From a virus (lineage: Duplodnaviria; Caudoviricetes), in IMG/VR virus record IMGVR_UViG_3300020057_000017, positions 1 through 34,405 of that record: a stretch of DNA of 34,405 nucleotides, one strand, 5' to 3'. The notes beneath the pieces were generated by a model. The model was not told the DNA's origin and ran no database searches. It saw only the letters and a list, made by a program, of their open reading frames with translations. The number at the start of each line of letters is the position of its first letter. Within the stretch, counting starts at the first letter, position 1. The position numbers were made by a program, and so were the translations under genes. Positions 8,461 through 19,050 of this stretch are shown in pieces.

Positions 8461-8739
8461 TTAACGTTTCTTGTTGGCCTTATATTTATTATTAACCACT
8501 TCAAACTTAACCTCTTCAATGACTTCGGGGTAGTGAACCTCTAGAAGCTTTTCGATAAAAGACTGATCAAATAGTCCGAGCTTAAACTGAGACATAGCGG
8601 CGAGTGATGTAATATATGGATCCGTGCCATCCTTAACGATAAGCAGCCCGTTTTCTGGATTAAAAAAAACTGCCTCGCCTTTGTCTTTACCAATTTCTCG
8701 CCCAACTTCTCTGTATAGATAACCTTTTAACCAGCTCAT
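8461..8739 (-). CDS. Hypothetical protein
   Basis: Abuts upstream stop; GAGGGA RBS. Confidence 0.75.
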   Translation of the reverse strand: MSWLKGYLYREVGREIGKDKGEAVFFNPENGLLIVKDGTDPYITSLAAMSQFKLGLFDQSFIEKLLEVHYPEVIEEVKFEVVNNKYKANKKR

Positions 8740-10941
8740 TTATTTTCCCTCTAAATTATTATTTTTTCCGCCCGATATGGCGCGCTTTCTTGCCTCAATA
8801 TCTTTTTCTCTTTGAGAAGTTTGGCCGCCTTTATAACTTGGGAAGCTGGACATATTTCTTTGAGTCGTGTCGGTTAGTAAATTACTGGCACCAGGAAGAG
8901 ACTTGTTAGCTGTCAAAACTGCCTTACTACTAGCATTTATGGCCGCATCTTTTCCTGCTTTAAACACCGTGGTTCCCTTACTTTCGGCCAGTGTCTTAGC
9001 ACTTCCTACAATATTAAGAGATAGACCACTAAGCCCTGGACCTCTATTGTCGAGAATGTTGTAAAGACTTGCTCTTGCCACGCCTAGTGGTTGACCTGTG
9101 CGGCTAAGATAATGAAGGTTATCGACAAGAGCATCATAGGTGGCCTGTCCAAGTGCGGATTTAATTTGTGGTGCATTTTCCTTTATAGCAGTAAGAGCGA
9201 CATCCGCTTTCCCTATACCGCTTTTACTTAGACCTTTCAGAATATCCCTAACGAAAGATTTTCCTATACTTCTCACATTGTCGGCTCCGATTATTTCTTT
9301 TAATCCTTCAACGTTTCCAGTGTGGCCCATAATTATTTTAACATTTTTTTCGTCACCAACTCCGTCTTTGAATATTTTTCTAGCAAATGATTGAAGCCGT
9401 TTATACTGAGCATAGTTTTTATCTGCCTCTTTAAAGACCTCTCCAAGCTTGGGATGTTCTCGATTTAAAGCATTTTGAATAGTATCATCCAAGGTTCTTG
9501 CAAATTTTTTCAAGTGCATCGCTGCGGTTGGATTTTTTTTCTCTAACTCTTTTACTGTTCCTTTAAGTGTTTTTCTAAGCGCGTTTATTGCTGCAAATTG
9601 TATCCTCCCAGATGGATTATTATTAATGGCATTCATTCCGTCAAAAACTGCAGATTGAATATGGTCAAATGCCTCCCTAGTCAATCCAGTATCGGCAGAG
9701 TATTTTGCTGGTGTCAAGTCTGGGTTAATTATACCCATATTCCCTGCGTAATCTCTAAATTTATTAAAAAAAGTTCTTTTTCCTATCATTGCTCCCGATC
9801 CATATTCTTCAACGTGGTCATAAAGCTCAGATGCTATTTTCTTAAATGAGGCCAGTCCTGTTTCCATCATTTCTCTTGCTGCATGGCCCACCTCAAAAAC
9901 TGTTGAATCAGAGTTAAGAAATTCTCCTGTAATCTTTTCAAGGTTCCCCTTGATGAGTTTTAAGGCACTATCTACTTGCTTTCGCGCCTTACCGCCAATA
10001 AGAGGTGTATCCATTAATTTAGTTTCGGCAATTAGGGCCTTTCCTTGTGCTGCCTGGGCATACGTTGGCTCAGGTAAACCTTGCCTTAATGCTATTTCTT
10101 TTAGTTTTTTTGTTTCTTCTTGTACAACATCGCGGCCCGACTGATCGACCACTTCACCCATGATATTATCTGCTGATTTCTCAACATACTCCGGTGTAAC
10201 TTCACCCACTAGACGCAAATCGGCCTTGCCTACAGTTTTAGCAGAAGTTTCTATAACATCACCTTTGTTCGGCAATGACTTAATAATATTTTTTATTCCC
10301 TGTTTTGCTTTTGGTAGTACTGCCTTAATACCTAGCCCGGCAGCACTTCCTACCCCGCCAAAAACGCCACTCATTCCAGTTTCTAGCGCCCTCTCTCCTA
10401 TGTTGGCCACTTGAGGCGTCCCCAGGGCAGCACTGGCACCTTGTCTAATTACTGATCCTAGTGCTCCACCAGCAGCTCCTAACCCTATTGCGGCCGGTAC
10501 ACTCGCCACTCCGCCGCCGCCAATCGCTCCAGCTACCGTACCAACTACCCCACCAGCGATTTCTGGAGTGGCCCCGGCAAAGTCGGCAACATCAGCAACA
10601 CTAAAGCCTTCTTTGTTAACTGGAAGAAATCTCCCATTTTCCCTGACGAATAAATCACCTTTTTTATCTTCCATAATATTATCATGACCGTATTGCTTTT
10701 CTAGAAAGGCTTTCCGGTTTGATTGAATCGGCTCAATGGCATACTGGGCACGGTTAACAAATCCTAATGATGCTTCCCTGTCTGTGTTAACTTCTGTCAT
10801 TCCAGATTTTGCCATTTTTTCAAGTGCCATTTTTTCAAGTGCCATTTTTTCAAGCTGGGCGCGCTCAATACTACTTAAAGGAGCATCCTGCGTTTGTCTC
10901 ATTTTTTCAATAGCAAGCTGCTCTAGTTGTGCTCGATCCAT
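8740..10941 (-). CDS. Large DNA ejection / internal virion protein
   Basis: Gly/Ala-rich hydrophobic segment then long helical region; third gene of post-tail trio. Confidence 0.7.
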   Translation of the reverse strand: MDRAQLEQLAIEKMRQTQDAPLSSIERAQLEKMALEKMALEKMAKSGMTEVNTDREASLGFVNRAQYAIEPIQSNRKAFLEKQYGHDNIMEDKKGDLFVRENGRFLPVNKEGFSVADVADFAGATPEIAGGVVGTVAGAIGGGGVASVPAAIGLGAAGGALGSVIRQGASAALGTPQVANIGERALETGMSGVFGGVGSAAGLGIKAVLPKAKQGIKNIIKSLPNKGDVIETSAKTVGKADLRLVGEVTPEYVEKSADNIMGEVVDQSGRDVVQEETKKLKEIALRQGLPEPTYAQAAQGKALIAETKLMDTPLIGGKARKQVDSALKLIKGNLEKITGEFLNSDSTVFEVGHAAREMMETGLASFKKIASELYDHVEEYGSGAMIGKRTFFNKFRDYAGNMGIINPDLTPAKYSADTGLTREAFDHIQSAVFDGMNAINNNPSGRIQFAAINALRKTLKGTVKELEKKNPTAAMHLKKFARTLDDTIQNALNREHPKLGEVFKEADKNYAQYKRLQSFARKIFKDGVGDEKNVKIIMGHTGNVEGLKEIIGADNVRSIGKSFVRDILKGLSKSGIGKADVALTAIKENAPQIKSALGQATYDALVDNLHYLSRTGQPLGVARASLYNILDNRGPGLSGLSLNIVGSAKTLAESKGTTVFKAGKDAAINASSKAVLTANKSLPGASNLLTDTTQRNMSSFPSYKGGQTSQREKDIEARKRAISGGKNNNLEGK
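10811..10854. repeat. 15-bp tandem repeat x3 (LEKMA)
   Basis: gccattttttcaagt x3 within ejection protein N-terminus. Confidence 0.95.
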
Positions 10942-11882
10942 TATGACTTACCTTTAACAGGGGCTTTTTTAGTATAGGCCTTTAATTCTTTATCACTCAT
11001 CGCCTTAACTTCTTCTTCGTTTTGAGGACTTGTTACTTCATGTTCAACCGATTGAGGGTCCGGTGTCCTTCCGTACTGCTTTTCTATCTCCTGTTTATTC
11101 ATAACGACGGTTCCCCTCATTATTTTAGATGTGTCTCTGACCTGTTCTATAAACCCTGTAAGGTCACGTCCAAATTGTGTAGGGTTATCATTAAACATGT
11201 TACCTAGTGCAAACTCTAGCTTACTCGCTAATCTTTTTACTTCTTCCGCTCCGGTAGCATCTGGCCCGAGTGTTGAGTTTATAGTTTTAATCAGTTGTTT
11301 GCCCTGTGTAAGAATTTGGTCGTTTGTGTAGCCTTTTGATTTTTCAAGAAATGAATCAAGCGTGTTTGATATGTATTCCGAGTCTGCATTTTTCTTGGCC
11401 AATACCTTAACTACTGTTTCATTTTCTAGCGGTAGCTTTACAGGCTTAGAAGCGGCAGTAAGGGCCAGTTTTGCCTGGTGTGTTTTTAAAACATCTTCTC
11501 TTTTTTGATCCGGGGTAAGTTTTGGAACGGACGCCGCCGCCACTTTAACTCCCATTAAATGCTGCTTGTATTTATTATCAGTATCCTCAATCTCAATCTT
11601 TCGAAGCCTAGATTCTTCTGCGTTTTTTGCATATTTATCAAACATTCCTTGAGAGTGTCCAGTTTCAGAAAATTCCTTTAACTCCTCAGGGGTGGCAGAA
11701 ACTCCAGCATCGGCAAACTTCATCCCGTCTGAAAGTTTTTGTCTTTTTTCATCAATGGCCCGTCTTCTATTTTCTTCAATTAATTTAATTCCAGACTCGA
11801 TGCCGTTACCGATTTGGCCTAAAGTGTTTTGTCTTCGTGCAAAGTCGGCGCGGTCAACGTCGAATTGAGTTGTGTATGCCAT
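10941..11882 (-). CDS. DNA ejection / internal virion protein
   Basis: Helical, charged; ATG 11882 lies just after upstream stop; synteny. Confidence 0.7.
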   Translation of the reverse strand: MAYTTQFDVDRADFARRQNTLGQIGNGIESGIKLIEENRRRAIDEKRQKLSDGMKFADAGVSATPEELKEFSETGHSQGMFDKYAKNAEESRLRKIEIEDTDNKYKQHLMGVKVAAASVPKLTPDQKREDVLKTHQAKLALTAASKPVKLPLENETVVKVLAKKNADSEYISNTLDSFLEKSKGYTNDQILTQGKQLIKTINSTLGPDATGAEEVKRLASKLEFALGNMFNDNPTQFGRDLTGFIEQVRDTSKIMRGTVVMNKQEIEKQYGRTPDPQSVEHEVTSPQNEEEVKAMSDKELKAYTKKAPVKGKS

Positions 11883-11886
11883 ATTA

Positions 11887-12447
11887 TTATCCGCCCTTAG
11901 CGTAAGCTGTGGCCGCTGCGCCTGCAAATGGTGCGGCCGTATCTAGAAGACCACCCTCACCAGTTAATCCGCCTCTTCTTTTCTTAATGTCGGTCATCTG
12001 GATAGGGCCCTGACTAAGCTTAGGAGCAAGCAAAGTATTTCCCAGGTTAATTCTTTCCTGACTAAGTGCTTTTAAGCGTTCCATACCTGAAGCGTTATTC
12101 ATAGCAAGCTTATCTGAAAGCATTTTATTTTGATTAACCTCTTGGCCGAGTCCGATGGAACTTCCGCCCATGCCTCTCTGTGCGATTAGATCACGTGTGC
12201 GCCTTGTAGCGTCTTCAGATGCTCCACGCATGAGTTTATTTTCAATTCCGATTTGATTATTTACAGTTTCGTTTGGATTATTATAGAGCTTATTAAGCTC
12301 ACTCGCTCCTGCGTTTATTTGGTTAATCCCTTGAGAACCAAGATCATTGATTCCCCCAGCAGATGCATCGGCCTTATACTTTTGCTCCTTTCCGTTAAAG
12401 ATCCTTCCTAGTCCCCCGAAAAATCCGCCCTTTTTCTTACCACCCAT
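11887..12447 (-). CDS. Small ejection / pilot protein
   Basis: MGGKKKGGFFGGLG start, AQRGMGGSSIG motif, Gly/Ala C-terminus. Confidence 0.7.
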   Translation of the reverse strand: MGGKKKGGFFGGLGRIFNGKEQKYKADASAGGINDLGSQGINQINAGASELNKLYNNPNETVNNQIGIENKLMRGASEDATRRTRDLIAQRGMGGSSIGLGQEVNQNKMLSDKLAMNNASGMERLKALSQERINLGNTLLAPKLSQGPIQMTDIKKRRGGLTGEGGLLDTAAPFAGAAATAYAKGG

Positions 12448-12792
12448 CTAAATCTCCTTGATGTATTTTTCAAAATCTTCAGATGCTTCAAATAACTTAA
12501 ACCCGTATGACACTAGTGCTTTTCTTGAAATGTCTGAGCCGTTAGCACTTGGAACCACTGAGCCGGCCAGGATATTACAATCATTTTCCTTAGCGATACG
12601 AACGATATTTTCAGCAAGCATGGTTGCTGCGTGATAACGTCTTTTTTCTGGAATAATATAAATATCTTCAATGTAGCACTCGTTCTTATTTATGTGATAA
12701 GTAGCAAAGCCAATGTTTTCAGAAAAGAAAATCCTAGGGCCAAAGCCTTTTTCTATTGCATAGTCTTGAAACATTTTAACTAGCTCGTTCAT
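12448..12792 (-). CDS. GNAT-family acetyltransferase
   Basis: CYIEDIYIIPEKRRYHAA motif A, YGFK; usual slot before podovirus ejection genes. Confidence 0.8.
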   Translation of the reverse strand: MNELVKMFQDYAIEKGFGPRIFFSENIGFATYHINKNECYIEDIYIIPEKRRYHAATMLAENIVRIAKENDCNILAGSVVPSANGSDISRKALVSYGFKLFEASEDFEKYIKEI

Positions 12793-13652
12793 TAATAAAT
12801 TCCCTGACAGACAATAGTGGAGATACTATCAGATGAGGCTCCTGCACTAGTTGCTGTTGCAAAAAACATGCTAGAACAATTTGAACAAGTAATTTTTAGA
12901 TGTATAACGGTGTTTATCCCTGGGTTGTGACCGTTTCCTGAGCACATAATTTTTACAAATGTTCTGTTTAGATTGGCCGTATAATCTCCCGCCGACGCTC
13001 TAGTAACTGAGGTAACTCTAGAACCTATCTGATCAAGGTAAGCGCATGGGGAAGATGTGCAGCTTGCAGATGTTGAATTGCCAAATGTAAAACTAAAAAT
13101 CTCCGTTTTTCCAGATGGTCCCGTCTCGATCCAGTTAGCTCCATTTGAGATAATGGTAGATGATTGGTTTTGAAAATTTAACCCCGTGGTTAAGTCCCCG
13201 TCTATTGTTTCTGAGCCGTTACCGTCAAGAGTGACAGCATTAACAGAGCTATCAATTTTCTTAAAAATAATTCTGCGTCCACTGATACCGACCGCCGTAG
13301 GTAATGTTAACGTGAACGCTCCGCTAGTTGCATCAGCGGTTATAAGTTCATCAGAATTTACCACTGAATAAGCACTAGTTTTAGCGTTTAAGGTAAAATC
13401 CGTGGCACCCGTGGCGAGTTTAACTTTAGTTACTGATGCATTAATAAGCTTGGCCGTTGATATTGTTGCGTCTGTTATACAGTCCCCGGCCAGCTCGTTC
13501 ACCTTTGTATAAACCGTGTTTACATCATTATTATATTTTGTTGATGTTAACACAGCGTTGGCGCTATTATTTGTTCTAGAAATTGGGCTAGTACATACTG
13601 TGAATGCGTCGAAGCTTAAAATTGTAAAAATTAAAATTGCTATATTTTTCAT
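12792..13652 (-). CDS. Short tail fibre / needle protein
   Basis: ITDATISTAKL..ASVTKVKLA repeats, DATSGAFTLTLP module, VTSVTRASAGDY tip. Confidence 0.75.
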   Translation of the reverse strand: MKNIAILIFTILSFDAFTVCTSPISRTNNSANAVLTSTKYNNDVNTVYTKVNELAGDCITDATISTAKLINASVTKVKLATGATDFTLNAKTSAYSVVNSDELITADATSGAFTLTLPTAVGISGRRIIFKKIDSSVNAVTLDGNGSETIDGDLTTGLNFQNQSSTIISNGANWIETGPSGKTEIFSFTFGNSTSASCTSSPCAYLDQIGSRVTSVTRASAGDYTANLNRTFVKIMCSGNGHNPGINTVIHLKITCSNCSSMFFATATSAGASSDSISTIVCQGIY

Positions 13653-15844
13653 TAGTTTCTATTCCCATTTTTATTAAAGTCAATTTGTGCATTTATTAAA
13701 TTTATATTCCCGCCAATAATGTTCTGATAGAATCCTATGAGGATATTTTGCCCACTTCTGTTAATGTCTGCCCTTGCCACTATCATGGTTCTATCATCTC
13801 CGAAGGTGCCTTCATCTAAAACGGAAACATCTAAAATAAAACCCTCTAAACTATTTCCAAAATCAAAAGACAGTTCCGATAAGTTGTTTAACGAGTAATT
13901 AATCCAAGTTTTGACGGTTAAAGTGTTTCCGGTCGAAACTCTTTTTAGTAAGAGCTCTCTAAAATTATAGCTTGCATCCAGGTCATCACCATCTAGCCAT
14001 GTCAGCATGGCGAAGGCATCAATTGACTGATCTACCCCTAAATTATTATCATCTGCTCTTTCTTCTTTGACTGAATGTGTATAAATTGCTCCTGCATTGT
14101 CGGCCATAAATACGACCTCAGCACCGTTTGAATCCTCACCAATACAAGCGCAAGTAGAGGCAGATTGAAAACTATATGGCTTGAAGCCGCCTATTTGAAA
14201 CTCATATACGTAAGTTTTAGTCATGTCGGAGTTTGAGCCCTCGGCGATCCATGTCATGTACTGGTCAAGTGTTGAGTAGTAAACAGAAAAAGAGTTTTGC
14301 ATCTGGAGCTTATTTGCCTCATATACGTATCCTGGTTGTCTAAAAATATCGTCGATATCTCCTAGGCCCAATGTTGCTGAGTTGTTTTTATCATCGGCGG
14401 CGATGCGGCCACTAGAAATCATCCGCCAGCCCTGGTCACTTAAAAAATAAACATCTCCGTTTTTAACTTGAATTGTTTCGTGTGAAACGCAGCCAATTTC
14501 TCGCGAGATAGGAATAAATTTTCCTTCGCCTGCTATTTCTGAATAAATAAATGTCGATCTTTTTTTAAAAACGACTAAGTATGGCGTTAAGATACTGTCA
14601 TTAAAAAGGCCCGTTGCAATGCCTGTGACTTCTCCGTTGAATGGTGCGGATAAAACCAGTTGACCGTCTGCGCCCCCATCGTTAAAAGCACTAGGTAAAT
14701 CTTCTTCTGAAAAAATAACATCATTTGGATAAGTCGCGTTCCCTGCATAAACTAGCTTCCGGTTAAACTCGGCAAGAAACTTTCCCCCGCCTGGTAGTGG
14801 AGCACCATTTGCTATCGGTGCGGTATTGGTCGATGTCCCCACGCTTGAAATTGTATAACTTGAAGTCCCTAGCGTTAATTCGGTTATGTAAACAGGATCA
14901 TCAACCGAAGCCGTATCTTTTAAATAAATTCTGATTTTATCTATTGTAGCATTGTCCGCAGTTGTAGGAATTGATGAAACTAAAATGGATTGCCGTCCGT
15001 TTTGTAGAAATGCGGCAGCGGCAGTTACTTGCGCCGATGATGATATGCCTGTAATTGACACTGTTACTAAAGCCGATGCGGCCACACTTAAACCTACTGC
15101 GCCCTTAATTTGCAAGGCGGTTGATACTCCAGATGCTATTTGAACAGAGATATTATTTCCGCTGACAGTGACAACCTCCAGACCGGCCGTGGCCCCTGTT
15201 GTATATGCAATATTTATCAAGTTTGACGTATCGTTTGAGGTTTTTGCGTAATAAGTAAGATCTTGAATCGCACGAATTGAGCCGTTATTAACTGAGGCAA
15301 TTACTGATTTATTTGATTCAAAGCCTGTAGTGGACGAGTAATAAGTTAAATAAACATCATAACTCTTTGCCGAAAGTGTTCCTGTTGTGGCCGATGCTGT
15401 GAGGACGGGTGACACTGGCACCGCCTGTCCTAGTTGAGTGAAAGTAGTTCCATTAAATTGAAATAGCCCATCACTTTCAATCGATATAATTTGTCTACTT
15501 GACTGGCCTCTAGACCACGTAAGCCCACGGTGTTTAGTTGTGGTTGAAAGTCCTGTCTTGATTGCGGTCGCTGCCCCGGTTGATGAGACTGAAAAAATAG
15601 TTCCACCTACTTTGGCCAAAACATAACGAGTGCCATTGGCGTGGCGAAAGAATGTCATGCTTAAAATTGAGCCGCCCAAGAGAGTTGTATTATAAAGTGA
15701 TCTTCCGAATCTTGTTTCCAGACGGCCATTGTTTGAGAAAACATTTAAAGCATCTCGAAGCCGTGGGCGAGATTCATTAACCTTATACGAAACAGGAAGG
15801 TCAAAGTTTCTTAGATTGTTAGAGGCGCGGCTATTTAATGGCAT
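13652..15844 (-). CDS. Tail nozzle / stabilisation protein
   Basis: Size, position after adaptor, IGCVSHETIQ...VYFLS propeller motif. Confidence 0.8.
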   Translation of the reverse strand: MPLNSRASNNLRNFDLPVSYKVNESRPRLRDALNVFSNNGRLETRFGRSLYNTTLLGGSILSMTFFRHANGTRYVLAKVGGTIFSVSSTGAATAIKTGLSTTTKHRGLTWSRGQSSRQIISIESDGLFQFNGTTFTQLGQAVPVSPVLTASATTGTLSAKSYDVYLTYYSSTTGFESNKSVIASVNNGSIRAIQDLTYYAKTSNDTSNLINIAYTTGATAGLEVVTVSGNNISVQIASGVSTALQIKGAVGLSVAASALVTVSITGISSSAQVTAAAAFLQNGRQSILVSSIPTTADNATIDKIRIYLKDTASVDDPVYITELTLGTSSYTISSVGTSTNTAPIANGAPLPGGGKFLAEFNRKLVYAGNATYPNDVIFSEEDLPSAFNDGGADGQLVLSAPFNGEVTGIATGLFNDSILTPYLVVFKKRSTFIYSEIAGEGKFIPISREIGCVSHETIQVKNGDVYFLSDQGWRMISSGRIAADDKNNSATLGLGDIDDIFRQPGYVYEANKLQMQNSFSVYYSTLDQYMTWIAEGSNSDMTKTYVYEFQIGGFKPYSFQSASTCACIGEDSNGAEVVFMADNAGAIYTHSVKEERADDNNLGVDQSIDAFAMLTWLDGDDLDASYNFRELLLKRVSTGNTLTVKTWINYSLNNLSELSFDFGNSLEGFILDVSVLDEGTFGDDRTMIVARADINRSGQNILIGFYQNIIGGNINLINAQIDFNKNGNRN

Positions 15845-16830
15845 TACCCTACCTCATTACCTTCGACGTTTCCATAAACATCCCTGATCGTGTAGTCAAC
15901 ATTTGCGGGCTTTCCGTAGCGATTAAAAGCATCGATTAGCATTAATTCATAAGTTTGTTTTTTTGTTTCTTGCCCGGACCTGTCACGGTATTCAAAGCCC
16001 ATTGCAATAACCCCGGCCTTAAGGACTTGCTTTAAATAAATTGGTAAATCAGGTTGCGAATCATCTGCATTAAAAAGCCTAAACGGATAACGGTAATAAT
16101 CAAAGCTCAGAACTATGGCGCTAGAAGGCTTGGGATAAAAAACGATTGAATTTGGATCAATCATAGAAAAATATTCCGGCGTCCCGGTCGATAAGTTTCC
16201 GCCTGTAATATATCTTAATTGCTCTAAATCTTTTGATCTTAAATAAGTTGAGGATAATTCTATAAATGGTGATCCTGAAAGTTTTCTAATGGCCGCATAA
16301 TCAGGCGGCTCAATTGTTAGCGCTGTATTAGTGCTAATCGTGGCAGTTGTGGCCACGTTGTTTGCAATAGTCGAATGGAAAAAATATTTACCAGTATCTT
16401 TTTTTAAATAAATATTTCTTTGTGTGACAAGTGGATTTGATGAAACTGTAATGCTAGAAAGATTTATCGTTAAATTGGCCCCAGATGGTGAGGCAATGGA
16501 CGATGTTGGGCCAGCAATAGACTCTACACCGTTTGCCTGTAGATAGGTTATTAATACATAATATGCAGAGCCGCTAGTTAGTGAACCGCCTGACGCCAAG
16601 GCAACCACTGGAGCACTTGGAGTACTAACCTCAAGTGAGTATTCTTCTGAGCCTGTAGTAATATTCTTTTGACCTTTAACTTTATGAAAGGCCCAATCAA
16701 AGCGCGTTCCAATATCGAATTGAATATCATTTAGCCAGCCCGTGACTCGAGCTTGAAAAGCGGTTGAAGTGTCTCCCAGTAAAGCACTAAGCTCCGTAAC
16801 TAGCGAAGATCCATTCCAAGATCTAGACAT
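15844..16830 (-). CDS. Head-tail adaptor protein with inserted beta-sandwich
   Basis: WLND...DWAF N-terminus; GTPEYF...FYPKP...YYR C-terminus. Confidence 0.8.
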   Translation of the reverse strand: MSRSWNGSSLVTELSALLGDTSTAFQARVTGWLNDIQFDIGTRFDWAFHKVKGQKNITTGSEEYSLEVSTPSAPVVALASGGSLTSGSAYYVLITYLQANGVESIAGPTSSIASPSGANLTINLSSITVSSNPLVTQRNIYLKKDTGKYFFHSTIANNVATTATISTNTALTIEPPDYAAIRKLSGSPFIELSSTYLRSKDLEQLRYITGGNLSTGTPEYFSMIDPNSIVFYPKPSSAIVLSFDYYRYPFRLFNADDSQPDLPIYLKQVLKAGVIAMGFEYRDRSGQETKKQTYELMLIDAFNRYGKPANVDYTIRDVYGNVEGNEVG

Positions 16831-16849
16831 ATCAACCGCCTTTAATTAA

Positions 16850-17122
16850 TTACTTTCCGAAAACCATAACTGTGGCCACATCACTAGCAGTAAACCCACT
16901 AAAATAAACTCCACCATAGGCATCGGTTGAGCCGTTAGATGCCTTATTTTTCCTGACTAGCCCATCTGCCTCAGTGACTTCATTATTGAAATCAACATAG
17001 AAAATGTTACTGAGTCCAGTTGGGATATGTCCTGTTGTTACCGCTCCAAAAGTGCATTCGAAAACTTGATATCTCAAGTCTCCCATCACTCCTCTTTTTG
17101 TCTCAACGTATGTAAAGGCCAT
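16850..17122 (-). CDS. Small virion protein, capsid decoration candidate
   Basis: AGGAG RBS; immediately after capsid; beta-rich. Confidence 0.7.
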   Translation of the reverse strand: MAFTYVETKRGVMGDLRYQVFECTFGAVTTGHIPTGLSNIFYVDFNNEVTEADGLVRKNKASNGSTDAYGGVYFSGFTASDVATVMVFGK

Positions 17123-17142
17123 AAATTCTCCTAGTTTTTTAA

Positions 17143-17164
17143 AGGAGGGTGTAAGTCCCCTCCT
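17143..17164 (-). terminator. Stem-loop after capsid gene (weak terminator or mRNA stabiliser)
   Basis: AGGAGGG-8nt-CCCTCCT; only a short U run on the coding strand. Confidence 0.6.
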
Positions 17165-17172
17165 GTTTTAAA

Positions 17173-18099
17173 TTAAGCTGTCTTGATATCACCTAGCTCG
17201 CCATGCATACGCCGAGCAGAACAAGTCAAGTTACCGGCCCAGAAAATCTTATGGAGAGAAGAATCTGTCCCCTCAAGAGAGTCATGGTGAACTTTTCTCA
17301 TATCGCCGTTTTTGTGAATTACTAATTGTGCGAATTCTTCATTGATTGCGAAGATTGAGGCTGCTTTCATATGAGAGTCAACAACTAGAGGAATTCCGTT
17401 AACAACCAAAGACTTAAATCCTAGTTTCCCGATTTCATCAGACTCGATACGCTGATGAGGTTGGAAAAGGTTATAAGCTTCGTCGTAAACAGCTTGCAAG
17501 GCAGTTAAAAGAGACGGCATGTCTTTCCCGTAAGTACATGCACCAATCAAGCTCTGGATTAGACCTAGAGTTAATGGGCGAACAGTTCCGGCGTTTGCCT
17601 TGGAAACTGCGGCCCAAGATGCCATGTCTGCAACAATGATACCGCCGTAAGTAGCAGTTGCGCTAATCATGGCCTCGAAGCCGTCAATTTTGGCAGATGT
17701 ACCAGCAGAAAAAATACCAGTTCCGAGACGGTCGGCAAGTGCAGATTCTGCAACTTGAAGTTTCGCCTTAACTAGGTCAAGCTTTCCAGCGTCGCCTGAT
17801 GTTTTCATCATATCAAGCTGAGAAATACGAATGGCTTCATAGTATTGTCTCCAGTCATATACTGCCGCTGTGATATTATCAGTACGAGTAAGAGTCAAAG
17901 CGTCTAGATCGTCGTAAGCTCCGCCCGAAGTAGAGCTAGAAGAAATAACTGGAACTTGAATCTTTGCACCGCCGTCCACTTTTTTAGACTTGTCAGAAAG
18001 TCGTTTGATAACTGGATTAGACCCATAGACGTTATCAGTAAGTTTCTTGTCGATAAGGTTAGTTGCGATAGCTGTGATTTGTGAAAATGTTAAGGCCAT
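17173..18099 (-). CDS. Major capsid protein
   Basis: Position after scaffold; GGAKIQVP, YDWRQY, GFKSLVVNGIPLVVD, GNLTCS.RR.HG motifs. Confidence 0.9.
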   Translation of the reverse strand: MALTFSQITAIATNLIDKKLTDNVYGSNPVIKRLSDKSKKVDGGAKIQVPVISSSSTSGGAYDDLDALTLTRTDNITAAVYDWRQYYEAIRISQLDMMKTSGDAGKLDLVKAKLQVAESALADRLGTGIFSAGTSAKIDGFEAMISATATYGGIIVADMASWAAVSKANAGTVRPLTLGLIQSLIGACTYGKDMPSLLTALQAVYDEAYNLFQPHQRIESDEIGKLGFKSLVVNGIPLVVDSHMKAASIFAINEEFAQLVIHKNGDMRKVHHDSLEGTDSSLHKIFWAGNLTCSARRMHGELGDIKTA

Positions 18100-18126
18100 A
18101 AAATTAATTCCTTTAAGTTTGTTTGT

Positions 18127-19035
18127 TTAGTTTTTGCCCATTACTTGTTTTGCAAAGTACCTTGTGGCCTGATCCCAAGACATTTTAGAAACATCAACGG
18201 ATGGCCTGACATTAGATTTTGCGACTGTTCCAGCGGTTACGACCTTGGGTATTGCCTGGACTTTCTTTTCTACTGCGGTAACCTTGGCCTTAGATGCCAT
18301 TGCTTTCGCAAGCTGTGCACCGTACTTAGACCAAACTGCCTCTTCGTAAGAAAGCTTGGGATTATCGGCCCATACGTCTTCGACTGCTGCGTAATCGATT
18401 TTAATTCCTGCGGCCTCGGCATCTTTTCCGATTGTGTTTTTAACTTGCACCACTTCAGATTCAAGCTTAGTGCGGACAACCTCGTCAGAAGCTTTGGCCT
18501 TAAACTGGCCCAACTCTTTACGAAGCTCTGCGACTTCCCTTGAAACTTTATCCACCACGGGGTTAGTAAACTGCTTGTTAAATTCACTGAATTCAGATTG
18601 GAGAATGCTGAAAAGCTCAGGATCTTTCTCGGCAAAGTGAGAGAAGAATTCATCCATTTGGTCATGGACTCTTACTTTCTCGCCGTACTGAGCTTGGAAT
18701 TCCTTTTCCTTGACTGACATTTCTTCCTGAAATGCTTTTTGCTTTAGATCGAGCTCTTGCTCTTTCTTTGCAATTTCCTGAAATTCTTTGAGGGTTAGTT
18801 TTTGCTCCTCAATGGGTGCAATCTCCTCTTCAGGTTTAGAGCTTTCAATAGGTGCCTCTTTCTCGTTTAACTCGTCAACGTCACTTTCCTCGCTTCCTTG
18901 CTCTTCCGGTGCTACAGTTTCCCCGTGCTCTTCAGATAATTCCTCCGGTAGTTCTACCGGATCTTCACCTAAAGAGCTTTGATCAATCCCTAGATCGGTT
19001 AGTGCGCTTTCAAAGTACGATTCAGACTCACTCAT
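18127..19035 (-). CDS. Capsid scaffolding protein
   Basis: Acidic disordered N-terminus, coiled coil, between portal and capsid. Confidence 0.85.
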   Translation of the reverse strand: MSESESYFESALTDLGIDQSSLGEDPVELPEELSEEHGETVAPEEQGSEESDVDELNEKEAPIESSKPEEEIAPIEEQKLTLKEFQEIAKKEQELDLKQKAFQEEMSVKEKEFQAQYGEKVRVHDQMDEFFSHFAEKDPELFSILQSEFSEFNKQFTNPVVDKVSREVAELRKELGQFKAKASDEVVRTKLESEVVQVKNTIGKDAEAAGIKIDYAAVEDVWADNPKLSYEEAVWSKYGAQLAKAMASKAKVTAVEKKVQAIPKVVTAGTVAKSNVRPSVDVSKMSWDQATRYFAKQVMGKN

Positions 19036-19050
19036 TCAAAAAACTCCGTT

